Below, one piece after another: positions 48,509 to 61,226 of a stretch of 64,000 nt of DNA. The stretch comes from Sphaerodactylus townsendi (taxonomy: Eukaryota). How positions within the stretch are numbered: position 1 is the stretch's first letter; every line of letters starts with the position of its first letter. Location: the NCBI RefSeq assembly GCF_021028975.2, contig NC_059440.1, positions 27,280,001 to 27,344,000 on the forward strand, written 5' to 3'. The notes beneath the pieces are model-generated. The model was not told where the DNA came from and did no database searches. It was given only the letters and a program-made list of their open reading frames with translations. The position numbers and the translations under genes were made by a program.

Positions 48509-49046
48509 AGGAAGGGTCTGTACAGGCCATCTTGTCCAACCCCCTGCCCAATGTAGGATCAGCCTAGAATATTATATTTTATTATATAATGCGTATTGTT
48601 TTCTACACTGACCTGCGCAAGTTTCACAACAATCCCCAATAATAAATAAGTCAATGCAATATGTATTGTCTTCTGCTCTGGCTTTCCATTGAAAAAAATC
48701 CATGGGGGTTACTAATAAAAACCTCACAAACCAGTAAAATAGCTGTTCTGAAAAATCACAATATTTTTCAGATAACAAGTATTTAAATGGCAGCATGGAC
48801 ACTGAATAGTAAGTGCATTATGGCATGTGCTTTTGTGAGATAGAGTTGACTTCGTCAGATGAATGAAGCCATGCACTTGTGAGCAGAGGTGTGAGGGGGA
48901 GGATGTTAGAGAGACATTCCAAGACAAGGGTTAAGTTACATGTCAAACTCTCATGGTAAGCAAGAGATCCAGTTTTAAAAGGGGTCTAATCATTGAGGAC
49001 AACTCCTTGTCTGATTAAATTAGCAAAAGTTAGTCTTCAGCTAGTC

Positions 49047-49686
49047 CAGGGGTCTGCAACCTGCGGCTCTAGAGCCGCATGCGGCTCTTTCAGCCTTATA
49101 CTGCGGCTCCGCGTTGTCTGGAGGTCGGAGGGTAGTGTGGGCGTGTCCCTCCAGCCCTCCAGAGCAGCGCTGGAAGGAAAGGTGAGTGGAGGGGCCGAAC
49201 CAGAGGCAGTTCCATGCTTGAGGGTGCAGCTTTTTGCGTCCCCTCCACTCACCTCTCCTTCCAGCGCTGCTCTGGAGAGCTGGAGGGACACGCCCATGCT
49301 GCCCTCCGACCCCTGGAGGTCGGAGGGTAGCATGGCCTTCTCTTTCCAGAGCAGCCGCCATCCCCCTCTGCCATCCCCACAGCTGCCATCCCTCTCTACC
49401 CCATGGAGCAGGCGGATGGGGTTTCCCTGACCAGCGCTGCTGCCCCCTGCAGCGCGTGAGGCGGTGGCACCAGGCAGGCTGCAGTCGCCATCACCCCTCT
49501 GCCCCACGTAGCAGGCAGCTTCCTGCTCCATCGGGCCGAAGGGTTTTCCTGCCCAGTGCCTGTGCCTCCCAGCGCTGGAAGGAAAGGTGAGTGCAGGGGC
49601 CGAATTGGAGGCGGCTCCGTAGATCTTCGGGGCCATGGAAAATGGGTCCAAATGGCTCTTTGGGTGGTAAAGGTTGCCGACCCCTG
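49047..49686. mobile_element. Non-autonomous hAT (Charlie-like) element in CCNL2 intron 1
   Basis: TIRs CAGGGGTCTGCAACC / GGTTGCCGACCCCTG, perfect TSD AGCTAGTC, GC-rich internal direct and inverted repeats. Confidence 0.88.
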
Positions 49687-51410
49687 AGCTAGTCACACCC
49701 AAAAAACTATTGTATCCAAAAGTGATTAAATTTGTGTGTGAATTCCAACTCAGAGAGGTTCTCTTTTTTCATGTTAGATTTGTGTCCTGTCCTTAAATCA
49801 GATTATCTCTAGGGCAGCTTAACAACAATAGAAGAAAAATAGCCCCAGGTGGAATGTGGCTCTTGGCTGGTCTATCAGCCTTGGAGTGATGGGGAGGGAT
49901 GTGAAATTAACAGCTGCTGAGTTCTTGGTATGTTCTTGCTGTTATCTTTGGGCACCTTGTGGCAGAATGGAGTGTTTGGGGGTATACCTCCCCATCTTGT
50001 TGCTGGTTTGACAATGTATCCCCCGTTATTTTGTTTTTAAGAATATTTCACCACCTTTCCTTAAGCTAATATTGGCTTCCATAACAAAGTTTTTAAAAAT
50101 GAATAGTAGCTACCACATAATTTCAGCAATAACAGTAAATCGGAACCAAAGTTTTAGACTTTTGGTCTAATGCAACAAGGTCATTCTTATTAGCCACAAG
50201 TGTTCAGAATGGAACCTCCATAACATGCCTATGATGACTGACGGGAGAGGTGGTGGTTCATGGCCTACTTGTAGACTTTCTAGAGGCATCTGGTTTGCTA
50301 AAAGCAAGATTGTTGACATGATGGAACTTCCCCGCAAGGGAATTCTTAGAAAGGATTTGACAGATTTGCTGAGGTAGAAATATCAGTGGCCATTTGCTGT
50401 GATAACTTGAGTGGAATCTTCATTTTCAGAAGCACAGTATATAACATGGGTGTGGGCAGTTTCTGTTTTGTGAAACTGCTAAAAAAAGACCCATTATAAT
50501 GCGACCCTTTGTTTTTGTTTTAGCCCTAGTTTTTGCAAATGGAATTTCCTCCTGAGGAGGCAGTATACCATTGAACATCAGTAGCTGAGTGCTAAATTGG
50601 AAGGCTGTTGGTCACCACTTTCAGCATCTGGCTGCAGTTAAAAGTCCAGATGGTAGTGTCAAGATGGATCTTAATATGATGCAGTTCTCATCAAATACAA
50701 ACTTTTTTCCACGTTAAGAATATGAAACACATTACTTATAACTTACCACGCAGCATCCAACTGTTTGGAATGCTCATCAAGCGAGAATACAAGTGCCTTC
50801 GTTTTCTTTGACAAAATTATGTCTGTATCACATATGAAATATATTCGATTCTCACTACTTTAATTTATTGATCGAAGTGTCTGCCATCTGTTATGTGGAA
50901 AAAATAAAAGTTGAATGTGGCGAACACCAATTTTGTAGTGAATAGAAGGAAGTATATTATTTGGATGCTCTCATGCTGTCACAGTTGAACTATGAGCATA
51001 TTTAGATATCACTTTACGTTTTATAATCCTGGACTCCATAGAAGTGGCTGATATTCATTTTACTAGAGTTATTTGCTTTTAGACAATGTAGTGAACCATC
51101 GTATATGTATCGTAGGCTTTACTGTGTAATGTTGGAGGTTGTGTTTATATAAAAATTACTGCACATTTTGAGTATGTAAAACCATGTCTTCAGTATATCT
51201 CATTCTTAAAGAGAAAATGTTTAATTTGAATTTTTTGCCATTGTGCCTCCCTACTCCTGAATTTTACTGTTGGAAGAAATGGGTGGAAATCCTCAGGCAA
51301 AAATGGGGGTGGGGGGGGGGCCGGACTGGAATGTTTCCAGCTCATAAAAGACAATAAGTCTATAGGAAGAAGTTGGCAAAGCGAGTGAGGTTGTACTGCC
51401 TAATCTATGA

Positions 51411-51539
51411 NNNNNNNNNNNNNNNNNNNNNNNNNNNNNNNNNNNNNNNNNNNNNNNNNNNNNNNNNNNNNNNNNNNNNNNNNNNNNNNNNNNNNNNNNN
51501 NNNNNNNNNNNNNNNNNNNNNNNNNNNNNNNNNNNNNNN
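51411..51539. other. Assembly gap in CCNL2 intron 1
   Basis: N run. Confidence 1.
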
Positions 51540-52281
51540 ATTATGATGAAGGCAGGGTAGCCCTTTTATGGAGAGGAAACCTAAAAAGGGGAAGGAAAAG
51601 ATTGTTCTCTTGGAAAGTGTGAGAAAGTAGTTTGGAGGAGCAGTTGGTGTGAGCAGTTAAAACTAGATTGTCTGCAAGCCCCTTTGACCCCGGGATGTAA
51701 CTGTTGGGCAAAAACTTTTGGAGGCGAAGTCCCTTGAAAGCTTCTGCATCTGCTGCTTTGTTCAGAGTCCCGCTAGCACTGAAGGCAGCAGGTCTTTTGT
51801 TCTTCCCTCTGGGCAGATGCTGTGCAATCAAGCCTTCAAACAAAGAACCCCAGACTCCCAACCTTAGTAGGATCTTACGTTTCACAAGAATACTCTACAA
51901 GTTTGAGATCTTCCTGCTAGGGCAAGGTGGATAGCGGAGAATTCCCCGCTGAGTATAATGGTTCCCCCGGCAGTAACCTTGCTCCCTTCCAGGAAGTGGA
52001 TGATGTAACAGCCTTGCCGAGAAATGACATCTGCCTCCTCCCTCGCTAGTTATACATGCTTCCTGAGCCTGTGGATTACGTCCTTTTTGAAGGGGGTGAA
52101 CATTTCTCTGACGTTGAGGATGTGATGTCCATTTTGTGTCCTGCCTTTCCCAATCCTAAATTCTTGTTTTTAGGCAAATAAACTTTTGGTTTCCCTTCAG
52201 GGCTGCTTCCTATGTAACGTTTTTAAAGGGCTGTGAATGTGCCTGTCTGACTAGGTAGTTGCTCTATAAAGTATGAGAGTA

Positions 52282-52514
52282 CCGTGTTTCCCCGAATATA
52301 AGACAGTGTCTTATATTAATTTTTGCTCCCAAAGATGCGCTATGTCTTATTTTCAGGGGATGTCTTATTTTCCCTGTGTTCTGTTCGTTGGGCATGCTTC
52401 CAAACAAAAACTTTGCTATGTCTTACTTTCGGGGGATGCCTTATATTTCGCATTTCAGCAAAACCTCTACTATGTCTTATTTTTCGGGGATGTCTTATAT
52501 TAGGGGAAACAGGG
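52282..52514. mobile_element. Tc1/mariner-type MITE
   Basis: TA|CCGTGTTTCCCCGAATATAAGAC ... GTCTTATATTAGGGGAAACAGGG|TA, with internal TGTCTTATTTT repeats. Confidence 0.8.
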
Positions 52515-53747
52515 TATGTATGAGAGTATGAGCAACAGCTGTGGTGGTAAACAGAACAGTTGGAGTAACTGTCTACTGGTATGATATCTGTAAATCTGTA
52601 AAGTGTTTGGTTTCATACTAATGCTCTGTAAATATTTCGTTGTACCAGACGGTAAAATAAGTGGAGGAAACCCTTAAAGATACACATTGTATGCAGTACA
52701 CTTGTACAATTGTAGTTGCTTTGCCACTATCCCATCTCTTATATGTTGGAGTTCTGCCTGTGGGTTCATCAGTAGTATTCCTAGTTGGGACCCTACAATC
52801 TTCAATCCATGGGTCAGGATCCTTGAACTGTAGAGTTTGCCTGTTTTTTGTTTTTTTTGGTTGCTCTTTGGAAGAACTGACTCATAGGTTGCACGTGTAT
52901 GGATAAGTAGCATGCCAGTCAATCCTCAAGTGTTCTTTACGCATTTCAATCATGGAGGGTGTTTCCCCGTACACGGACACGTGAGGTTATAACTCATGCT
53001 CTTGTCACAGGCTTGCATTTCAGTGGGTCCTGTTCTGCTGCTTGGGAGTTAAAAACAGGTTCCAAGCCCAAAAGGGTTGAAGTTCGGTGCCTGTAAGCAT
53101 ATGCCAGAGGGGTGAGACAGGATTGTTTGAGGCATCTTTAAATGATGTCAGACAACCAGCTGTTCTAACCCCCCCCCCCCCCCCCCGGCCTCAGTGAATT
53201 CTGATTGTGTGTGAAATTTGACATTTAGGCTGTCTGAAGAAATGCAATACAATTTGTAATCCACATTTTTTGTGTTGATGTGGTTGGCATTTAGTTGGGA
53301 AAGTCTGATAATGCAGCAGTGATTAAGCCAGTTGGACTGTTGTTGCTGGATTGGTTCAAGGTTCAAGGCTGAGAACAGACAGAAAATGAAAATCAAAGTC
53401 ATTACAACTCAGATGTGCTTCCTTGGCAGCACCACTGTTTTTGAAACAACCATCCAAAATACCACTTTAGTAGCGCAACAGCAATCTTTGATACAGTCAC
53501 TCTTCCTGGAGTCCAATGATTCCAAAATAGTTTTGGGACACATCAAACTCTGCACTGAAGAAGCAGTATCAGGAAAGTCAATCTTTTTCAAGAGTAACTC
53601 ATTCACAGTTTAGGTTAGAAGCCCAAGTCTTGTGGTATGTCAGAAATGAAGCATTTTTTGGTGCTTCAGATTTGCCTCAATAGGTGTATGCTTTTGAGTC
53701 CCCTGAATGTCTTCTATTAGCACTAATGTGTGCCTTTTTTTCCTTAG

Positions 53748-53822
53748 GTGGCCATGGCTACAGGGCAGGTGTTGTTCCAGCGTTTCTTTTACACAAAGTC
53801 GTTTGTGAAACATTCCATGGAG
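53748..53822 (+). CDS. CCNL2: CCNL2 exon 2
   Basis: VAMATGQVLFQRFFYTKSFVKHSME; 75 nt; AG/GT boundaries. Confidence 0.96.
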
Positions 53823-54103
53823 GTATGAAATTTTCGCTTTATGAAATCAAGCCTGTTCTCCTGCTTTTGAATGCTTTGCACCTCAGTTGTAAGATTATTA
53901 ATAATTTATGTTGATAGCAGTTGAACATGAGTCTACTTCCACGCAAGTATCAGTTTGAAATAATCCAAAAGACACACACACAACACACCAGCCAAATTAC
54001 AATCTAACATTCCGTTTTGTAGTGAGTACTAAAAGATTTGTCTCTCACCTGGCAACCTGGGCCTGGAATAAAGTTTAATGCATTGCCTGTGCTTCTCTTT
54101 CAG

Positions 54104-54213
54104 CACGTGTCAATGGCCTGTGTTCATTTGGCTTCAAAAATTGAAGAAGCACCACGACGTATAAGGGATGTGATTAATGTATTTCACAGACTTCGGTATC
54201 TGAGAGAGAAAAA
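54104..54213 (+). CDS. CCNL2: CCNL2 exon 3
   Basis: [36 protein letters not shown]; donor GTAAGT. Confidence 0.96.
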
Positions 54214-54870
54214 GTAAGTATAAAACATGCAAGGGGGTTATCTTAGCAGTGATCTTCCTGCCCAAACTATCCGAGGACTGGGAAGCCTGGACAGTAACTC
54301 TTCAGGCTGTGGCGGTAAGAACTCAAAGGACCATTTGGCTCTGCCACTCCTGTTCCCTCTGCCCTCCACAGTGTCCTCGCTTCTCAGCCCATCCACAAGA
54401 GAGGGCTGGGCTCTTTGCAAGGGAGAGGATATTCTGGCCCCATTCACCAAGCTGGAGGAAGGAGAATGCTACTAGGAAGTCTTCTGATTAGAATACCAGC
54501 CTCTCTCCCAAAAAAATAGACCAGGGAGGAAGATTTAAATGGAAAATGGTGGACGTTGTTCTGATTCAGTCAGAGCTTGTGGGGTGTGTCGGAATACAAG
54601 TGAACAAAATAGAACCTTTTCTGTTTAACTGTGACTTCTGGGAGATCAAAATGAATCCTAAGAATGCGCCTGATCTGTGTTCCTTGAGCACTGTGGTGGT
54701 CTTTGAAGGTCTTGCACCAAGATTTGCCCTCTCTTCTGTTGGTTCCATTCAACACCCGCACAGTTTGAGTTGAAATGCTGTGACAACCCAACCAGGTTAC
54801 TCCTTTCACAGAGCGGGCTCTTTTCTTGCTGTCCAGGCTGCCCCTTCAACCTCCCTTCTTTTCCAAACAG

Positions 54871-54991
54871 GAAGCCCGTGCCTCTAATACTGGATCAAGA
54901 ATATGTAAACTTGAAGAACCAAATCATAAAGGCCGAGAGGAGAGTTCTGAAGGAGTTGGGGTTTTGTGTGCACGTCAAGCATCCTCATAAG
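54871..54991 (+). CDS. CCNL2: CCNL2 exon 4
   Basis: [40 protein letters not shown]. Confidence 0.96.
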
Positions 54992-55519
54992 GTCTGTGTC
55001 TCCCCTCCCTTTCATTCTATGAATTGCCAACAGTTTTGCAAGTCCATTCATGCACCTGGGAGAGTGCCCAATGTCTTGAATGAATCATACAGGAAAGCCA
55101 ATCTTCTAAGATGCACTGAGATAATCCTATTTCATGGGAATTATATCTGGGAAAGGATGCTGACATTTCTTCTTTCCTTACCAGTTGCTCCTGTATGTTT
55201 TGAGGTGGGCGTATAGATGGAAGGCATCTGAACTCTTTAACAAGAATTTTGGGGAGCGTTAGGAGACGTCTGCCTGTAGTTTAGGACCGTACGTTTAGGA
55301 GACCAGGCCGAATGGAATACAGAGGAGGAAAGGTTATGCTCTGCGTTCGGATGTTTGTTTATTGCTTCTCTGTCTCTACTTGGCATTTTGTGGATGCCAC
55401 GGAGTCTCTCAAGGATGCTTATCCAGACTAGAATAAACTTGGTTGCCCCCATCCATCTACATTGTAACCTCTATCTATAACCCAGTCAGTTGTATAACTG
55501 AGTCACCCTTATCTTCCAG

Positions 55520-55584
55520 ATAATCGTTATGTACCTTCAGGTATTAGAATGTGAACGTAACCAACACCTGGTCCAGACGTCATG
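55520..55584 (+). CDS. CCNL2: CCNL2 exon 5
   Basis: IIVMYLQVLECERNQHLVQTS(W); donor TG|GTAAGT. Confidence 0.96.
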
Positions 55585-56379
55585 GTAAGTTGCTGTTTCT
55601 TCTTCCTGTTGAGAAGAGCAGGGCACTGACTAAGAGGTGTCATGTGTGGGGGCCGTTACATGTATGCTCCACTGCCATGTTCATGGCATGAGTGTGGCTC
55701 CAGTGTTAACCTGGCATGCCGCTTCTTTCGCCTCAAGTTGACAGGCCTCTTTGTTAAAGATGCGGGCACTGTGTTAAATGGTAAGAGAGCTTTCAGCCTT
55801 CACGCACGTACCTTTGGCTTTTTCTTCCTCAACCCTTGCCCGTTCGATCCCTTTTCAGCAGCAATTGCCACAGGATTATTTCTGTGTGTGAATGTACGAA
55901 CAGCCTTGCTGAATCAGAGCAATGGTCCAGCATTGTGCTTCTGAGATAGACAGCCCGGGTGTGCTCACAAACAGGACCTGAAGGCAGCTGCCTTCTCCTG
56001 CTTGTCTGCAGCACACAAAGGCATAAAGGCTTTTGAACGTGCCCCCCCCCCTCCCCCAGCTACTTAACATTGTGCTGTTGATAGGAAGTGGGGTGGGAAG
56101 GTCTTGTCCAGCACAATAGTTTTATTTGAAAAAAAAGTTAGATCGCACTGTCTGTCTAATACGTACCTGTACATCCTGCAGTGATACCAAGTTTAATGCC
56201 TTGCATCTTGGAGTGGGTTGCTTTTTATAAGAGACAATAACAAAGGATAACCTGTGAAACTGACATGATGTGAAAGTTGTTCTAAAAAGCCATTCATATT
56301 TCTACTGACTGAACTGTATGGTGCTGCCTTGAAGGAGAACCTCTTTTGACTCTTCTTTTCTGTACTCTTTTGATCAAAG

Positions 56380-56506
56380 GGTAGCCTCTGAGGGTAAGTG
56401 ACTAAGACTTCTCCTCAGCTGCCCAATCGCTCTGGTGCAGGATAACTGCCGTCTTCAGTCAAACCAAAGCAGGCTCCGCCGAGAGAAGGCTGGCTCTAGA
56501 CAGGTG
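56380..56506 (+). other. CCNL2: CCNL2 alternative truncating/poison exon in intron 5 (…WVASEGK-stop; internal donor at 56394, distal donor at 56507)
   Basis: Long pyrimidine tract + AAAG acceptor at 56379. G GTA GCC TCT GAG GGT AAG TGA gives VASEGK*, which I recall as the C-terminus of the short mammalian cyclin L2 isoform. Confidence 0.8.
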
Positions 56507-58455
56507 GTATGCGTACACTAGTAGAGTTAACACTGGCCGACTTCTGGTTGTGATTTATTTTTTTTCCAACTTGATTTTTAAAAAAGTTTTTATCTGTGCA
56601 CTTTTCAGATAAGTCTTGACTCTCGAATGCATTGTTGTTGAGATGCCTGATGCTGTGTGTGATGTTTTTAGAATGCCAAAAAAATCTTTATTAAACTCGA
56701 CTTTTAAAACAGTGGGAGGGAAAGGGGAGGGATGATTTCAGTTTTAAGAATGCTGCTTGTTGCATTTAGCGTAAAGTTTGGGTACTTGAATTAATGCTTT
56801 AAAAAAAATGTGCATTGCAATAAAGAGCTTTATATGTTAAGTGGTATCATCCCCCAGATCGCTTAGCATTAAATTTTTCTTGTACTTTTGACTCTGCAGT
56901 GGCAATATCCGATGAAGTGATTTTATATGCCTGGGGTCCCCATGCCTTTCAGCAAACTGCTTTTGCAAAGGGAGATTTCCAAAATTAGCTTGATGCACTG
57001 TGGAGATCAGCTGTTAGCGGGGTCGGGGCGGTGTCCTTTGCACTAAAGTAGCTTTTATGATTGCTGTGGACAGCAGTCTGCTGGTGAAAAGAATAAAGCT
57101 CTAGCAAGAAAGCCTTGGTTGCACAAGGATTCATTGCAGAGCCCTGATAGGAAAGTGGTCATCCATTGACATTCCAGACAAGCAAATATTTGAGCAACCT
57201 GAAAACATTTGAAAGAATTGCTTGAGAACATTCTAAAGAATGCCCCAGTACAGTTGGGCCAATCAGAGGGTTTCCCCAAACTAGGCTTTGTTCTGTTAAC
57301 TTCCCATTTGGGAAGTTGGAGGGCAGGCATTTCAATCTGTTAAGAATCTTCAGTTTCTCTGGCAAGGTTGGGGATAATATTTCAGACCCTTCACCTTTGG
57401 TTTATCGAGGACCGACAATTGAGGGGATACCTCAAATCTTCTGTTTGGCTGCCTCCACTGTAATGCACCATGTAGCACCTCTTCCAGTTGTCCGCATGTT
57501 TGATTTAAGGCAACTGAGACTCATAATCTGGGGTCGCCCCAACTTAATTCAGTCGTTGCACCCCTGGTGCTCATAATGTATCTCCAGCGGTCATCTCTGG
57601 CTATTGGATGACTTTGTTCTGGGTCATACTTTAATTATTGTCTGATGTGCTGCCTGGACAGTAGACTTTTTAGAAAATAATTTGTGCTTTCTGGGATTTT
57701 GCATACATTAGCTGCAAAGAAAAATCTGTATTTTCAGACTTCCTTTTAGGAGAGACATATGTAACCCGTACTGACTGTTAGCCATGTGCAATATTTTTGC
57801 AGCTGCCTCATTCTATGAACATTCAGTTTTAAGAAACGTTGTTACAGTGGGGCAATCTGGGAGCGATCCAGTGCCAAGCCAGCGGAAGAAGGCGGCGAGA
57901 ACTTGGCATCTTCAGCGGCGATGCTGCCAAATATCTAGATTGAACCTCTGGGACTGTCTTGCCCTCTGAAGAGACTTTTGCAGTTGTGTACAACCCGGTC
58001 TGTCGAAAAGCAGCAAAAGCAATCAAAATGAGCCTGAATTCGAATCCGCAACTTCAGACTGTCCATCTTGAGCCCACGTTCTGCTGTCCTCAATGGGATG
58101 AAGCCCAGAGTTTGATCAGATTTCTTAAAATATGCTACATGTTGTGCCTGGAGTTTTTTTTTTTAATGCTATGGTTTGCATGAGAACAGGCCAGTAGATC
58201 ATAACAGGAGAAAAGTAAAGTTAAAATTGGTTCTCTTTCACAAATTCCATCAACCAGCTGACCTATTCCCAAGAGGCACCCTTCCCTGGAAGGAAGCTTT
58301 CTCTTCTAACTTGTCAGATTTCACAGGGTTATCTAGACCTCAGATGTAGTTGTAGAACACCTAGCTGGCTGCAAGAGAGTGAAAGATCAGCATAGCCAAA
58401 GGACGGATCTGTCTGATTGCTGCAACTTCTGCTGTCTCTTCTTTTGTCTTCCCAG

Positions 58456-58555
58456 GAACTATATGAATGACAGCCTACGGACAGATGTCTTTGTGAGGTT
58501 CCACCCTGAGAGCATTGCCTGCGCCTGTATCTACCTTGCTGCTAGGACCCTGGAG
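58456..58555 (+). CDS. CCNL2: CCNL2 exon 6
   Basis: [33 protein letters not shown]. Confidence 0.96.
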
Positions 58556-58599
58556 GTTGGTCTTGATGGGACTAGTTTGTTTTTGATTGTTTTTGATTG

Positions 58600-58823
58600 A
58601 AGCCGACTTAGGGCAGCCCTGTAGGGTTTTTATGGCAAGAGACCTCCATAGGTGATTTGTCGTTGCCTGCCTCAGCATCACATTGCTGGAGGCCTCCCAT
58701 CCACATACTTGCCAGGGCATGACTGAGAGTGGTGACTGGCCCAAAGTCACCCAACAAATTTCCATGACGGAGTGAGGATTCGAACCCGGGTTTCCCAGAT
58801 TGCAGTCCTTAACCGCTACACCG
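58600..58823 (-). mobile_element. Composite SINE: tRNA head + 5S C-box segment + Sauria-type tail
   Basis: Minus strand reads GGTGTAGCGGTTAAG...GGTTCGAATCC...GACTTTGGGCCAGTCAC, then AGTATGTGGATGGGAGGCC, then GGCAACGACAAATCACC...CTTGCC. Confidence 0.65.
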
Positions 58824-59313
58824 TTCTGAATGTCTTATTTATTTTATATTGATTGTTATTAATTCAGTCGTAAATAAAGAGCTTATGGGTAGGGTAGTTG
58901 AGCTTTTGTCTGATTGTTTAATGGTTTCAAGAAAAAGCAGATTATGAGTGGAGTTGGAGATCGAGACTATACATTATACTCACCTGTTGGATTGCTAACT
59001 ATATAAGTTTTAAAATAGGTTTCTATATATTTATTTATATGATTATCTGGGAGTTTAATATGGATGTTCACCTTATTAAGTTGCATTGGATCACATATTT
59101 ATGCTGTTATATTGGTTTCACTGTTCAATACATGTTCATTTAAACTGAAACCAAGGGTCTCATGAAAAGCTCCTTCATTCCCTCACCACCACCTTGACTA
59201 CAAGCAGTAAAAGACTTAATTCAGTTCAGCAAGGGGTGCCTTAACTATTAGAAGTTGTCCTTGCATTGGTTGGAGGTAGATATTGATTGATGCGTATCCT
59301 GTTTTGCTTACAG

Positions 59314-59418
59314 ATACCCCTTCCGAGTCGCCCTCACTGGTTTCTACTCTTTGGAGCAACAGAAGAGGAGATTCAGGAGATCTGCATAACAATCTTGCAA
59401 TTGTATACTCGAAAAAAG
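59314..59418 (+). CDS. CCNL2: CCNL2 exon 7
   Basis: [35 protein letters not shown]. Confidence 0.96.
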
Positions 59419-60169
59419 GTGATTTGGCTCTTGGGCCCCAGGATTCCCAGTTGCTTGGATGGGGGGGGGGGGGGGGGGGTGAATTCCTTTTGTGTGCCTT
59501 ATGTACCGGGACATCTGAGCTGCTTTTTGGTTTTATACATTAATTCCTAATTGCAGCTTGGACTTGTGTGCATCTGTCCTGTACTACATCCCAAAAGTTG
59601 GCATCGTGCATTGCATTTTAATCTGTTTGTTTCCTTTGTAGGCCACCCTTCCCTTTGGAGACTTAGGGCAGCTTCTAGCCTATAATAAAATTAAATCTGT
59701 TTAAACAAACAATCTGGTTATCCATAAAATAGATCTAGATGGTGACTAAAAACTCATGCATTAAATACTATTAAGTTCCCACTATCATATACTGAAAAAT
59801 AGGGGGAAAGGTGGGGGAAGAGCATTGGGTCCAGCATTGCCCAGCTTCCTGCTCTAGGAATTCATTTTCCTGTCTTCTGAGATCTACCCAATTTCTGCTT
59901 GCCTACCAACATAACTTTTCCCCCCGATCTTCTGTCACCCTAATTGGCAGAAAATCACCATAGGGCACAGTAGCTACTCAGTGCACACAGACAACTTTGA
60001 GCCTACGTTCCATCACTTGCAGGCTCTGCCAGGTGACTCCTTTTTGGAACATGCAGCCTTGTTAGGGATCTCCTTCCCTTCCCCTTCTTGTTCCTTTATT
60101 GTGAGCCTGCAGGTGAGAGTGGTTGTGCTTGTCAGGTGTTATATAAATAATCCCCTTATGTGTTCCCAG

Positions 60170-60311
60170 GTGGATTTGGCTGTTTTGGAAAGCAGGGTAG
60201 AGAAGAAGAAGCTGGCCATTGAAGAGGCCAAAGCCCAAGCAAAAGGCCTTTTAACCGATGGAACGCCCAGTTTGGATACCATATCAGGATTCTCTCCTGC
60301 CCCCAAAACTG
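60170..60311 (+). CDS. CCNL2: CCNL2 exon 8
   Basis: [28 protein letters not shown]...SGFSPAPKT; donor G|GTTAGT. Confidence 0.94.
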
Positions 60312-60971
60312 GTTAGTATTACTTACTTGGAAACCTGCATACGAGTCTTAGGTATACAGTTAACAGAAGCGTGATTGACACACGCAGCACTTGAAAAGCT
60401 GTGATTCAGTCTGAGAGTCGGGGCTGCTCCTTGCCTCATGTGAGCCCCAAATTAAACACAAGTTCATTGATTCCTGACGGCTCTTCCATCCGTAGAACAG
60501 AACAAAAGATCAGAGTTCAGTTTTCCTTTGTGTACATGAGGGCTGGGCCGCATTAACAGTAGATATCGTGAACCGAAATCCTTCTTATTGTGTTAACTGC
60601 ACTGGGTGAAGTCCACTTGCTTGTCCTTAGGATGCCTTTTTTTATGAAGGTGGACGTGGTGTACGTTGACATCGACCTGAAATGTGGTGCTAGGTGTTGA
60701 CGTTAAATGTTATTTGGTTAGCATGTCTTTTTGGCTTGGCTTTCGCTGGCATTGCATTCCCTGTTGGCCAACGCTTATGCTCCGTCCGTTGTATTTGAGT
60801 CGCTCTTTGCTTATTAATGCTCTTGGCCTTCTGCTTAATAGAGCTTTTTTCTGTATGGGGAACCGGGCATCCCTAGGGCCTTGATTCCAGAAACGGTTTA
60901 AGCAGTGATGCTTTAAGGCAGCTTCCTTAGTAAATGGCTAATGGGGTTCGCTTTCTGTCCTGTTTCTCCAG

Positions 60972-61089
60972 AATCTCCAAAAGAAAATAAAGGCGCCAAG
61001 CCTTCCCCACTTGCTGTACAGGTGATCAAAAATACCAAAAGGAAAATGGAAGCAATGAAGAGGGTGAAGTCCAACAGTCCGGTGAATGG
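60972..61089 (+). CDS. CCNL2: CCNL2 exon 9
   Basis: (E)[39 protein letters not shown]; phases 1 to 2 are consistent. Confidence 0.92.
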
Positions 61090-61226
61090 GTAAGGGATCT
61101 TGCCTAGTAATCTGTCCTTGGACTTTTGAGGTCTTCCAAAGAAATGCCAGTTTGTGGCAGAAGAGTGCGGCCTATGGAACGGCAGGATGGCACCTCTAGG
61201 CATTTCTCTAAAACATTTTTTGTTGG

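Noticed and set aside
48993-49702. Overlapping 106-221 aa ORFs
   Set aside because: GC-rich internal repeats of a non-autonomous hAT element; no transposase motifs.
51541-51934. 114-aa minus-strand ORF in CCNL2 intron 1
   Set aside because: No recognisable domain and adjacent to a gap; may be a decayed repeat.
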